NCBI RefSeq assembly: GCF_006345805.1
Contig: NW_021823642.1
Location: forward strand, 1-21,449
Direction: 5' to 3'
Length of the DNA: 21,449 nucleotides
DNA from: Octopus sinensis
Taxonomy: Eukaryota
Each line of letters begins with the position of its first letter. Position 1 is the stretch's first letter. Below the pieces are notes generated by a model. It was not told the DNA's origin. It saw only the letters and a list, made by a program, of their open reading frames with translations, and did no database searches. The position numbers and the translations under genes are program-made. This document shows, piece by piece, positions 1-9,795 of this stretch.

Positions 1-84
1 TCTAGCAGGGCTATTTGTTGTTGAACTGCGAGCAGAATTGCGAAGTCTGGTATGTTTTCCTTAAGTGTTTTATATTTTTATTTT

Positions 85-950
85 GTACTTGTTTCAATCT
101 TTGGATTGCAGCCATGCTTCAGTGCCTCTTTGAAGGGCATAGACTAGGGGTTCTCAGCCATTTTTATCTATCGACCCCTTTGATTACAGTTTTATTCTGC
201 CCCCCCCCCACCTCATAGTAATTCGACGTTTGAATGCTAGTTTTATAGAAACTTCTTTCAAAATTCCTATTTGGTTTTTCACACTTTAACTTGTATAGAT
301 TGAAGTACGTAAAATGATAGAGAAAGGAACCTAGTTGTTTCTTACAATACATACGAATACACGCATCTAAAGTAGGGCGTCTCAACCTTTTTTTATTAAT
401 GGACCCTTCTTTGATTACAATTTTATTCTGGTGGACTCCTATAACCAGTCAACGTTGAAAATCTAGTTTTATAGAATCTTCTTTCAAATTTTTTATTTTG
501 TTTTAACATAGAAACTAGTGTGGGTTCAACTATGTAAAATGTTCGAGAAATAAACTTCGCTGTTTCGTGCAATACATGCCAACACATACATCTAAAGATC
601 ACGCGGTCGTTAGCCTCAAATCGCCAGGCTTGGTCGGCGTTTGTGAGAGATGCAGCATTGAGGATGAATGAAGCCAGCTCAACCCACCCCGGGTGAATGC
701 TGTCAAGTCAAAAAAAGTCATAAATCTAAAGCAAACTCTTTTTCAGGGACTCTTATAATATCACAGTGGATCCCCAGTTTGCTATTTTGTTGCGTGGACC
801 AACCACTCCACACCCGATCGGGAACCACTGGTTTGGGCATGTAAATAAACCCTAGTACTTATTTTTGTTTTTAGGCCTGGTACCATATTCTGTCAGTCTC
901 TTATGTGAACCACTAAGTTACGAGGACGGAAACAAGGCAACACCAGTTTA
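85..950 (-). mobile_element. Degenerate 3' part of CORE-type tRNA SINE (pieces at ~85-135 and ~845-950), interrupted by hAT-like MITEs
   Basis: Both pieces are diverged reverse complements of the 3' half of the intact SINE at 20975-21366 (tacttgtttca...gcagccatgc; gtacttatt...ctggtac...gaaccactaagttacg). Confidence 0.55.
145..830. mobile_element. Composite hAT (Charlie-like) non-autonomous element: two homologous left portions (145-372, 373-597), a 126-bp insert, and one right end
   Basis: Ends TAGGGGTTCTCAGCC (145), TAGGGCGTCTCAACC (373) and GGGAACCACTG (830) resemble hAT CAGTGGTTCTCAAC TIRs. The two left portions align with each other and with 9796-10072. Confidence 0.6.
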
Positions 951-1373
951 CATGTTACAGTCATACAGTCAAACTTTGGGTACCGTGTTCCATTCGTGTA
1001 AAGACTTATTGCTTGCAGATATATGAGGGTTCAAGTGAATTTCCTGGAATTTTTTCACGTGCATCCATTTTTCTGGAGTGAATTAGGTCAAATTTGTCCT
1101 CGTTTAGCTGCATATCGAGTTACACGCGCGTGCGGACATGCACACACACAAATACATACACACATACACAAACACACACAACACATGTATGTGTGAGTGT
1201 TTACGCATGTGTGTGTGTATGTATGTACGTATATATGTATGTGTTCTAAACCAAATAGAAATGGATAATTTAGAACACTCGTTTCCATAAGTTCGTATAA
1301 TTCAAACACATATCCATTACATTACGTGAATAAATATTGTTAACCTTCACCATTTCAGCAGTATAGATAGGCT

Positions 1374-1490
1374 ATATATATATATATTGTATATATATAT
1401 ACATTATATATATATAGTGTATATATATATATATAATATATATATATTATATATACATATAATATATATATTATATATATATATATATGC

Positions 1491-1542
<52 letters not shown>

Positions 1543-1575
1543 GCATATATATATATATATGTATACATATATATA

Positions 1576-1626
<51 letters not shown>

Positions 1627-1749
1627 GTATATATATATATGCATATATCATATATGTATTATAATATATATATATATATATATATGTATACATATGTATA
1701 TATATAAGTATGTATATATATATATATATATGTATGGTGTATATATATA

Positions 1750-1806
<57 letters not shown>
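1374..1806. repeat. Long imperfect (TA)n microsatellite ending in (TG)n
   Basis: Direct reading; source of the IYIYIY ORFs. Confidence 0.97.
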
Positions 1807-2084
1807 TGTTACTTGTAGCAATAGTTTGGTGAATTCCCAGGAAGCATTTATATTTTAGATGCTTTGGACTCTGCCGTACTGAATGGTACCGCCCAGGTGT
1901 CGAAACCATAATGATACCCACTTGGCAGCTGATGATGAGAATGCACATTTGTTATGCTTGATTTCGTATATCTTAGTCACGCTATTCTGTGTTGTCCTTC
2001 ATTCTTGTAAAGTGGAAAGTGGAATGTATTTAGAGCTTCATAGTTTGTGAGGATTGCTTACATTGATAATGTTTATTTATCTAA

Positions 2085-3065
2085 TTAGGCTTGGACATTA
2101 TGTCACATTTTTGTAGACATAATGTGATCAGGAGCTACACGAAAATGTCATCATAGTACTACTTGCCGGTGTGATACGATATATTGTCACAATGCCATCT
2201 GATAAAAAAAAAGTAGACTGTCCCTGGATCTATATAAAGAACGCACCTGTTATTGAATACATACTTAAGCTCGAACACAAGAAATATTGGTGGAAATTAT
2301 CCATAAAAACTTCTCCCAAGTGCAAGAATAACAGGCCAGATATAGTTGTTTGGGACTGACGAGAAAAAGTATGTACAAGTCATCGTTGACTTACAACCTA
2401 TCCGACTTGCGACCGATCGACTTTACGACCATTGGTGCGACAATTCCCGGCAGCAATAATAAATAGTCCAGTTGAAATCTAATGGGTTTAATTGATTCGT
2501 CTACGGATGATATCAGCTAAAAATTGCTTCCTCTAGGTTTGGTTATCGATCGCCACTGTGGTTATCCCGTGTGTTGGATGAATATCCTGTCGCGGAGACA
2601 TCGAGGCAACCTCGTATTTGTTTATAAGTCGACTACCTGAGACTCCGAAATGTTTGACTAACGCCAGTATAATAGTATAAAACAGAATGCTGTGTGTGAG
2701 TTTTACCTGAGAATTGTACCTTAAGAATGTAAAAATATAAAACAAAGCTGTGTAGGCCTATAGGCCGACTTACGACAAGCCAGTTGGAACCAATCGTGGT
2801 TGTAAGACTTGTACTGTCATAGAATCCAGCTACTCTGCTGATGTAAATATCCCTTCCAAAATCAAAGACAAACAGTATGACTACAGGCAACTACTTCAAA
2901 ACCTCTCGTTTCTATACTCAGATTATAAATACACGTTTATACTCATAATGATCGGTGCATTTAGTTTTGTGGATAAATGCCTAAATAACAACGAGCATAT
3001 TATAAATATATTCTGTAAGCGGAACAGTAAAAATATGCAAAACGTTTCTCAAATTCAAAATTTGA
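2085..3065 (+). mobile_element. Decayed 3' end of an R4/Dong-clade non-LTR retrotransposon (restriction-like endonuclease domain), split by a MITE at 2376-2811
   Basis: Manual translation: HNVIRSYTKMSS*YYLPV*YD (decayed CCHC/RHD region), YWWKLSIKTSPKCKNNRPDIVVWD*REKVC, then after the MITE TVIESSYSADVNIPSKIKDK...YKYTFILIMIGAFSFV, and a frameshifted C-terminus SGTVKICKTFLKFKI* (TGA 3063-3065). These match PD-(D/E)xK RLE motifs of R4-type LINEs. Stops and frameshifts show it is dead. Confidence 0.85.
2376..2811. mobile_element. Tigger/pogo-like (Tc1-mariner) MITE with TA target-site duplication
   Basis: TA|CAAGTCATCGTTGACTTACAACC ... GGTTGTAAGACTTG|TA. The right TIR has a 9-nt deletion and there are subterminal CGACTTACGAC repeats. 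Removing the element restores the LINE reading frame. Confidence 0.85.
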
Positions 3066-3182
3066 CATTCCCACAATGGAACTTTGTATCTTTGTAAGAA
3101 ACCAACTCTTTCCTTACTGGAAGATTTCATATAATTAAAAACAGAAGAGAACAACAACAGCAACAACAACATACACACACAA

Positions 3183-3183
<1 letters not shown>

Positions 3184-3257
<74 letters not shown>

Positions 3258-3275
3258 CATACATACATACATACA

Positions 3276-3304
<29 letters not shown>
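3184..3304. repeat. (TAGA)n followed by (TACA)n
   Basis: Direct reading. Confidence 0.97.
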
Positions 3305-3306
<2 letters not shown>

Positions 3307-3354
3307 CCGGCACTAGTCACCATGATAGATCGTTAGCCACTACACACATTTTTT

Positions 3355-3505
3355 CTCTCCTTGTTTTTTCTGTGTCTCTTTCTGTAGAAGAGCGTAGGCT
3401 CGAAACGTGAAAGACTTTTTCTATTCCTGAGCGTTATACTAATACATCTGTTTGTTTTGTACACCACCACGTCTTTTGTTTTTTTTTCGTAAACTCTCCC
3501 TATAG
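3355..3505 (+). mobile_element. Dispersed repeat (copy 1) carrying a minimal type-I hammerhead-like motif, probably Penelope-derived
   Basis: Closely matches 7515-7660. Contains CTGTAGA-A-GAGC-gtag-GCTC-GAAAC-GTG with a 5-bp stem I (tcttt/aaaga). Confidence 0.6.
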
Positions 3506-3510
3506 ATGCA

Positions 3511-3544
<34 letters not shown>

Positions 3545-3551
3545 CATACAT

Positions 3552-3582
<31 letters not shown>

Positions 3583-3605
3583 TACATACATACATAGATA
3601 CATAC
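3506..3605. repeat. (TACA)n/(CAGA)n compound microsatellite
   Basis: Direct reading. Confidence 0.95.
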
Positions 3606-3916
3606 ATAAACTCGCAGTCACCCATAGATACATATTATGTAGGCATGCATATTTGAGAACAGACATACATCATAGCAGTTCTTTTTTTTTATATTTCCCT
3701 TACACTTATGTCTCAAAATCCAAAAGCACACACAAAGACTGAAGAGCGATAATAAGACCAACTAGTTTGTTTAAAAATGACATTTAGCAACACTAAATAT
3801 CTTATGAACGAAACGAACAATATGTGACGGAATGTTCGACCAAATCCTGTTGTAATGACGTAACGGAAAGTTAGAATTGTTTTTGCCCTAAAATATAAGA
3901 TATTAGTTCGTTATAT

Positions 3917-4060
3917 TTCTTAGAAATTTACACTAAGGAAAATACGTCTTCACTATATAACTTAATATATATGTTCTTAGAAATTTACACTAAGGAAAAT
4001 ACGTCTTCACTATATAACTTAATATATATGTTCTTAGAAATTTACACTAAGGAAAATACG
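3917..4060. repeat. Perfect 57-bp tandem repeat, 2.5 copies
   Basis: Unit ttcttagaaatttacactaaggaaaatacgtcttcactatataacttaatatatatg starts at 3917, 3974 and 4031 with no mismatches. Confidence 0.95.
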
Positions 4061-4257
4061 AGAAGAAGAGAGAGAGTTACGGAGACACGTCTAATTAAGA
4101 AGCTTGCAATCACGAGGTTTTGGGTTCAGTCCCATAACGCTCTTTGTCTGTCTGTCTATCTCTCTCTCTCTCTCTCTCTCTCTGTCTCGGTCTATCTGTC
4201 TCTCTGTCTATCTGTCTCTCTCTCTCTCTCTCACACACATATATACACTCACACATA

Positions 4258-4410
4258 CACAACGGGCTTCTTTCACTTTCCATTTACCACATCCACTCAT
4301 CACGGTTAGCCCGAAGCAACAGCAGAAGACACTTGGTCAAGGAGACACGCAGTGGGACTGGACCCGGAACCATGTGGATGACAAAGCAAGCTTCTTACCA
4401 CACAGTTACG
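4258..4410 (-). mobile_element. 5' half of CORE-type tRNA SINE
   Basis: Reverse complement of the head/CORE region of 20975-21366 (gaagacacttggtcaagg...cagtgggactggacccggaaccatgtgg). Confidence 0.8.
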
Positions 4411-4579
4411 TCGGCACTTATTTATCTGTTATTCAAATACATGTTATTGGTCAATCTGAATTAGTTATTTTAGCCCTTTTTTAAAAATTGAATTATACAA
4501 ATTACTCGGACTGTAAATGTGTTCCATTCTTTTTTGTATAAGTCTAAGACCCTGGGATAATGGAGATACGGTTTGACAA

Positions 4580-4652
4580 TGGTCGTGCTGATGACGGCTA
4601 TTGAGCAAGAAACACATGTCCGTGACTGGTCCTCTTAGCTCCAGACAATAAA
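4580..4652 (+). ncRNA. Type-I hammerhead ribozyme-like relic followed by AATAAA (Penelope pseudo-LTR-like)
   Basis: CTGATGA 4588-4594, GAAAC 4609-4613, short helix III AC-acat-GT, GTC triplet 4618-4620, 8-bp stem I with G:U pairs (TGGTCGTG/CGTGACTG), AATAAA 4647-4652. Stem II is damaged. Confidence 0.5.
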
Positions 4653-4824
4653 CCTGTCTTCCTTAATAACATGTCACTATTCTTGGTTCTTGAGATTATC
4701 TCCCTCTTCTCAAGTGGAGTTGGTCTAACTTACCATTTTGTATTTATTATACTTCTTCGGAACGGTGATAATTTTAATAAACCAAGAATTTATTGTTGAA
4801 TGGTATTCGATATATTCGTCCATA

Positions 4825-5813
4825 GGATCTTTTCAGTTTGAACGGCAGTTTTTTAAAATAATTTCTTCGTAACTAAACACTTTTAAACTTCGTATACTGG
4901 TAGAATAAAGGTTTATAAAACCTTTTTCTCTTGGCTTTATTGAGAAAATATATTTTTTGAACTTTGATATCGTTAATATTTTTATGGGGCGACGAAATTC
5001 ATCGATTTAAGAGATATACAACACACGCACACATACACAACAAAAAAAATACACACATACACATACACAACAAAAAGACACACACACACACACATACACA
5101 ACAAAAACACACACACACACACACAACATACACAACAATAACACACACACACACAACAAACACACACACGCACACACATACACAACAAAAACACACACAC
5201 ACAGGTAATCGTTCCGTAAGTCAGGGATGACATTGAAATAAACATGCGAGAAGCCTTTGAAGACAGAAGACAGAAGACAGTGATAAGGATGAATAACACG
5301 GCAGAAATGAATTGAGCTCAAAACAGAAAATACGATTGGTTAAAATTCGAAGAATTAAACTACGTAAAAGTTACAAAATACATTTTTCTCAAAAAAACTA
5401 ATTGAAATTAATGTTTTCTTTTGACACATCCTACCAGTATACGAAGTTTCAAATTATTTAGTTAAGTAGAAAATTCTGTCCATCTTTTAGAAAAGATCTG
5501 AGAAAATTCTATGGTTTGTAAGATATATGTTGCTTTTTTTTCTTCAATTTCTGCAATTTCAACCAATCAATGACGTCTATTGTGGTGAAAACATTCTGTG
5601 CCGTATGAATATGTCCCTCGTTTAAGAAACAGATCGGGTTTATTTACATTTCTGAAGAAAAAAAGATACCCTTCCCCCCACCCCTAACTCTAACTCTAAC
5701 CCTAACCCTAAAACAGATTGAAATGCAATAGGTCAATACCAGGGTCATAATTATGGGTGACAATTTCATATGACACCGCTAGAAAAAAACTGCCGTTCAA
5801 ACCGAAAAGATCC
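4825..5813. mobile_element. Non-autonomous DNA transposon with ~30-bp TIRs and 8-bp TSD (GG...CC ends; Merlin-like or other 8-bp-TSD family)
   Basis: cgtccata|GGATCTTTTCAGTTTGAACGGCAGTTTTTT ... AAAAAAACTGCCGTTCAAACCGAAAAGATCC|cgtccata. TSD at 4817-4824 and 5814-5821. Confidence 0.85.
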
Positions 5814-6759
5814 CGTCCATATATTTGTGATTTGTCCATGTAACTTTTCTAAGATATTGTCACAGATTTGATTTGGGGCAAATTTGGTTGCTATTCCTAG
5901 CTCATCGTGCGACCACGTAGTTCGTCTCTCGCCGCTTCATACGATTGTTGGTGGTCGAAATTATCGCTGAGGGAAGTTAAGCATATAAAGTTGGGTTTTA
6001 AAGCTAAAAAAAATCAAATAAAAGGAGAAAAAATTAACATTCCAGTTCACATCGCCTGCTTCTTCGTTTACTCCTATCTGCCTTTCTTTCCTTCTTATCT
6101 TCCTGTCTTTCTATCTCTCGTTATCTCTCACTGTCGCTGTCCATGCCTCTCTTTCTCTCTCACATTCTCCCTCCTTCGCTCTGTCGCTCTCGTTCTCTGC
6201 TATTCAATCATATTACTTTTCCTACCAACTATTTTCTTAGTTGTCGCGGCTGGTGATGATTATAATGAAACTCTTAAGTTAGTTGGTGGCCAGTAAGTGT
6301 ATAGCGAAAAATAAGGTTAACCTTCACCCCACCACCATCCTATGTTACCGCCTCACCATCACCACCATCACCACCGCCGTCGCAACCGTCGCCTCTTTCT
6401 TTCTTCAGTTTCTCACGCTCTGATCGTCTCCTACCCTTTCTTACTCTATCTAGCACTAGCGAGCAACATACCCCCCCACACACACACGCGTGTATATACT
6501 GCTTATTTTTCTCCTTTCTACCGCCCTTCCTACGCTTTCTTTTCTTCCTTCTCTGTTCCCGTCATATTCATTCGTTCATTCCTTTTATTTTTTATATGTC
6601 CAGTATATTTATTCTTCTCACACAGTATTCCATTCTTCACTCGTTCTTTCCCCCCCCCTCCTCGCCTCTTAGTAACATTGAAATTGTACCTCAAGGTTGC
6701 TGTTTCCATTCAGTAAAGGAGGAAGAAAAAAAATAAGAAAGCAGGTGAAAACAAACAAA

Positions 6760-6925
6760 ATTAACCACCTACGTGGTCGTGCGACCTGTTAGAAGCAGAA
6801 AATTCTCCCTCAAACCGAAGCTTAACATCTTGAAAAAATATGTTAAAAGATATGTTAGAAAATGTAGTGCTTAGGTAGGCACCCTGTGTCGAAATAAAGA
6901 CGAGATGGTCATGACTGGTTTCTGC
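6760..6925 (-). mobile_element. Fragment of an unclassified dispersed repeat; other fragments on + at ~5865-5925, 11170-11355 and 11385-11530
   Basis: Shared motifs gaccatcccgt..., gtatctagg/gtacattg...caacgtgt and gatttg...ctatttctagc...gcgaccacgt recur among these loci. Confidence 0.5.
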
Positions 6926-7031
6926 CCTGCTGCGTGGCACTTTGGGCAAGCGGCTTCTACTATAACCCCAGGCTGTCTAAAGTTTTGTGAGAGGATTTGG
7001 GGATTGCGTAGACAGAACTGAAAGAATCCCG

Positions 7032-7032
<1 letters not shown>
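6925..7032 (+). mobile_element. CORE-type SINE central fragment
   Basis: ctgcgtggcactttgggcaagcggcttctactata...actgaaagaatcccgtc matches 21040-21140. Confidence 0.75.
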
Positions 7033-7033
<1 letters not shown>

Positions 7034-7090
<57 letters not shown>

Positions 7091-7330
7091 TATATATATA
7101 TATATTAATGAATAGAAATGTTTTTTTTGATAATTTTTCCACAAACACTTAATAACTTATAATGAATCTAATTGTGGTTATCAGTGGATGAAAATTACCA
7201 GGAAAGCCATTCTAATCATCTTTTCAAATGTATAATACTGCACCAAGGACTTTCTATTCTTATTCTACTATATATTGTTGTGTGTTGTGTGTGTGTGTGT
7301 GTGTGTGTGGTTTTTGTGTGTATATATTTG

Positions 7331-7363
<33 letters not shown>

Positions 7364-7442
7364 TATTGATATAATATATATATATATATTATATATATGG
7401 CACATATATATATATATATATATGGCATATATATATATGTAT
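7034..7442. repeat. (TA)n, (TG)n, (TA)n microsatellites (7034-7105, 7275-7442)
   Basis: Direct reading. Confidence 0.9.
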
Positions 7443-7514
7443 AAATTTTCGTAAAATTGTCCCTTTCGTTTTCACTTTATTTTTTTCATATTTTTCTTAT
7501 ATATTAATATTGGT

Positions 7515-7660
7515 TTACATTTTTTTTGTGTATCTTTCTGTAGAAGAGCGTAGGCTCGAAACGTAAAAGATTTTTTCTATTCCTGAGCGCTATACTAATA
7601 CATCTGTTTGTTTGTACACTACCTGCCTTCGTCTTTTGTTTATTTTCGTAAACTTTCCCT
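7515..7660 (+). mobile_element. Dispersed repeat (copy 2) with minimal type-I hammerhead-like motif
   Basis: Homologous to 3355-3505. CTGTAGA-A-GAGC-gtag-GCTC-GAAAC-GTA with a 6-bp stem I (atcttt/aaagat). Confidence 0.6.
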
Positions 7661-8399
7661 TTATATATATATATATATATATATATAATACAAAATGGGA
7701 CAAGAACGCAAAACATCCGGGCAGCTAGGTGATATAAAAAGGGACAACAAAACATCCAGATAGACGATACAAAGGAAACAAGGACAAGTCATTCGAAGTT
7801 TTCTTTCTTCAGTCAAGCACCAGATTATCCTCGCAATTTCGGCTGATTATTCCTGAGATTGCTCCAATCTGGCCAGCCCCAAGGAAAAACTAAGCTAAGA
7901 GCATTAGATTCCTTGGAAGAAAGCAGCGAATGTATACAAAAACAGGGACGGAACAAACGGACAATGTTACACAAATATAAATACAATAAAAAATACAATT
8001 AAAATACATACATTATGCATACATACGCGCACGCGCACTCACACAGATATTTATAATTGAAGAAGGTAACGGAAGATGGATTTAGTACGAATCTTTATTT
8101 CAGCACGACGATCGTTTCGACCCATCCTGCATCTGTCCCCATAGGGGTATGATATTGTCTATCTAGTTGTGTTGTATCAATCAGTGCAGGTTGTGTCACT
8201 TTAGGTGCTTGGTGTAAAAATAGATATCCCACTAGATATACTGAATCCTCCCAGGCATGTTTTTCTCGCTAGTTGTACATTGGCACACTGAGTATATCTA
8301 CGTCCATGTAACATATTTAGGACCTACGTAAGCAAAATAGTAAATTGGGAATCCACAGCGGTATTTTAAAGTTTGCATGAAATATAATTTTGCTTTAGA

Positions 8400-8716
8400 T
8401 TTTATTGTGTCTGGGGAGAGTCATTCTCTTTCAGTGCCTTATTAATTTAACACACACACACACCGGTCTGATTTCCACTCGTTTACTTATTTTTAATAAC
8501 ATTTTCGTTGCGACTTGCAGCCTTTTCAATAGTCGTCGATTCTGTCCGTTATCGGAATTGCGTTACGGACAGAACCAATGACCACTGAAAAGGTTGCAAG
8601 TCGCAACGAAAATTTTAGTAAAAAATAGTAAGTGAATGAGTGGAAATATGACCGGTGTGTGTGTGTTAAATTAATAAGGCACTAAAAGAGAATGACTTTC
8701 CCCAGACACAATAAAA
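8400..8716. mobile_element. Foldback/palindromic MITE-like element, ~150-bp arms with ~15-nt loop
   Basis: ttttattgtgtctggggagagtcattctc...ttctgtccgt [tatcggaattgcgtt] acggacagaa...gagaatgactttccccagacacaataaaa. Confidence 0.85.
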
Positions 8717-9069
8717 TATGCTTCAACAAACGAATTCACATAAATAATCTTGCAAACCACATAAAAATAAAAAAAAAAAAAAAAACAAAACGAAATTTGC
8801 TTCAGATGTATTTATTTCTCTAATGTTTTACATAGTGTTACATATTTCTGGCAACTAAAACGTTTCCTCTCAAAGAGTGTTATTGCAAACCCAGACAAGT
8901 GAACGTACGAAAAGCAAAACATAATTTTTAAAGAAGTATCTATAAAACTAACTTTTAAACATTGAATGGCTATAGGAATCTACCAGAACAAAATAGTTAA
9001 CAAAGAGGTCCATAGATAAAAAAAATAAAAAATGGTTGAGAACTACTAGTTTAGTCAATCAAATTGATA

Positions 9070-9165
9070 CCATTACTTATTTTTAAGTCTGGTACTTATT
9101 CTGTCGGTCTTTTTGTCGAACCACTAAGTTATGGGAACGTAAACAAACATACTGTCGTGAAGGCA
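9070..9165 (-). mobile_element. CORE-type SINE 3' fragment
   Basis: tggtacttattctgtcggtctttttgtcgaaccactaagttatgggaacgtaaaca is the reverse complement of 21220-21285 with divergence. Confidence 0.7.
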
Positions 9166-9368
9166 ACCAAATTTTATCAAACCTCACCCTACTGTCTTGA
9201 AAGCAGGAAAGACACATTAGACAAGGTAGACATAGATATACAAAGAATGGAATGGTTAAAGTCGGAATGCGTTTGACCATAAGTGTCTTGGAATTTCCCG
9301 CCGCATTCTTTTAGGTGTTTTGTTGCAAGACGCCATTTTGTCGGTTGCTGCTTATGTTAAAAGGGCAT

Positions 9369-9508
9369 GAGGGAGGGAGGGAGAGAGAGAGAGAGAGAGA
9401 GAGAGAAGAAGAAGAAGAAGAAGAAGAAGAAGAAGAAGAAGAAGAAGAAGAAAGAAGAGAAGAAGAAGAAGAAGAAGAAGAAGAAGAAGAAGAAGAAGAA
9501 GAAGAAGG
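9369..9508. repeat. 140-nt pure purine tract: (GGGA)n-(GA)n-(GAA)n
   Basis: Direct reading; source of the poly-E/poly-S ORFs. Confidence 0.97.
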
Positions 9509-9529
9509 TCGCCTTGCTATTTGGCTGGT

Positions 9530-9665
9530 ACCTGCTCTTATGAAGGGAAATGTTGATCTTGGTTCAATTTGAACTCCGAACGTATAGATTTGGAAGACCA
9601 TATAGAGTCGCAAGGCCTTCCATCCTATTCTAACCCACTCTGCCATTTTGCTGTTTTTGCACCCA
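9530..9665 (-). mobile_element. Old, degenerate tRNA-headed SINE 5' part
   Basis: Minus strand has an A-box-like TGGCAGAGTGG and B-box-like GAGTTCAAATT, followed by gatcaacatttcccttcat, similar to 10140-10175. Confidence 0.5.
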
Positions 9666-9795
9666 AAATGGAAGAAATGAAAAAACAGAAACTCAGGAAG
9701 GTACCGTCTACTTTTGTAATGATTGGTAAAAAATGATGTGATGGGTACAGTTGGAACACTTTTGATGATCTGCTCATTTACGGTTGATTTAGAAA

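Noticed and set aside
1355-1948. 197-aa minus ORF and other IY/CV/YLSI/HT-repeat ORFs throughout
   Set aside because: Translations of (TA)n, (TG)n, (TCTA)n and (TACA)n microsatellites.
1810-2080. Upstream or inverted continuation of the R4 LINE
   Set aside because: No recognisable RT motif in the frames I translated.
6342-6716. Poly-His ORF MLPPHHHHHHHRRR
   Set aside because: Low-complexity (CAC/CAT)n and pyrimidine-rich sequence; no splice or domain support.
7785-7820. Minus-strand CTGAAGA-AAG-aaaa-CTT-CGAAT as a hammerhead
   Set aside because: GAAA is not intact and no helix I/III or NUH could be built.
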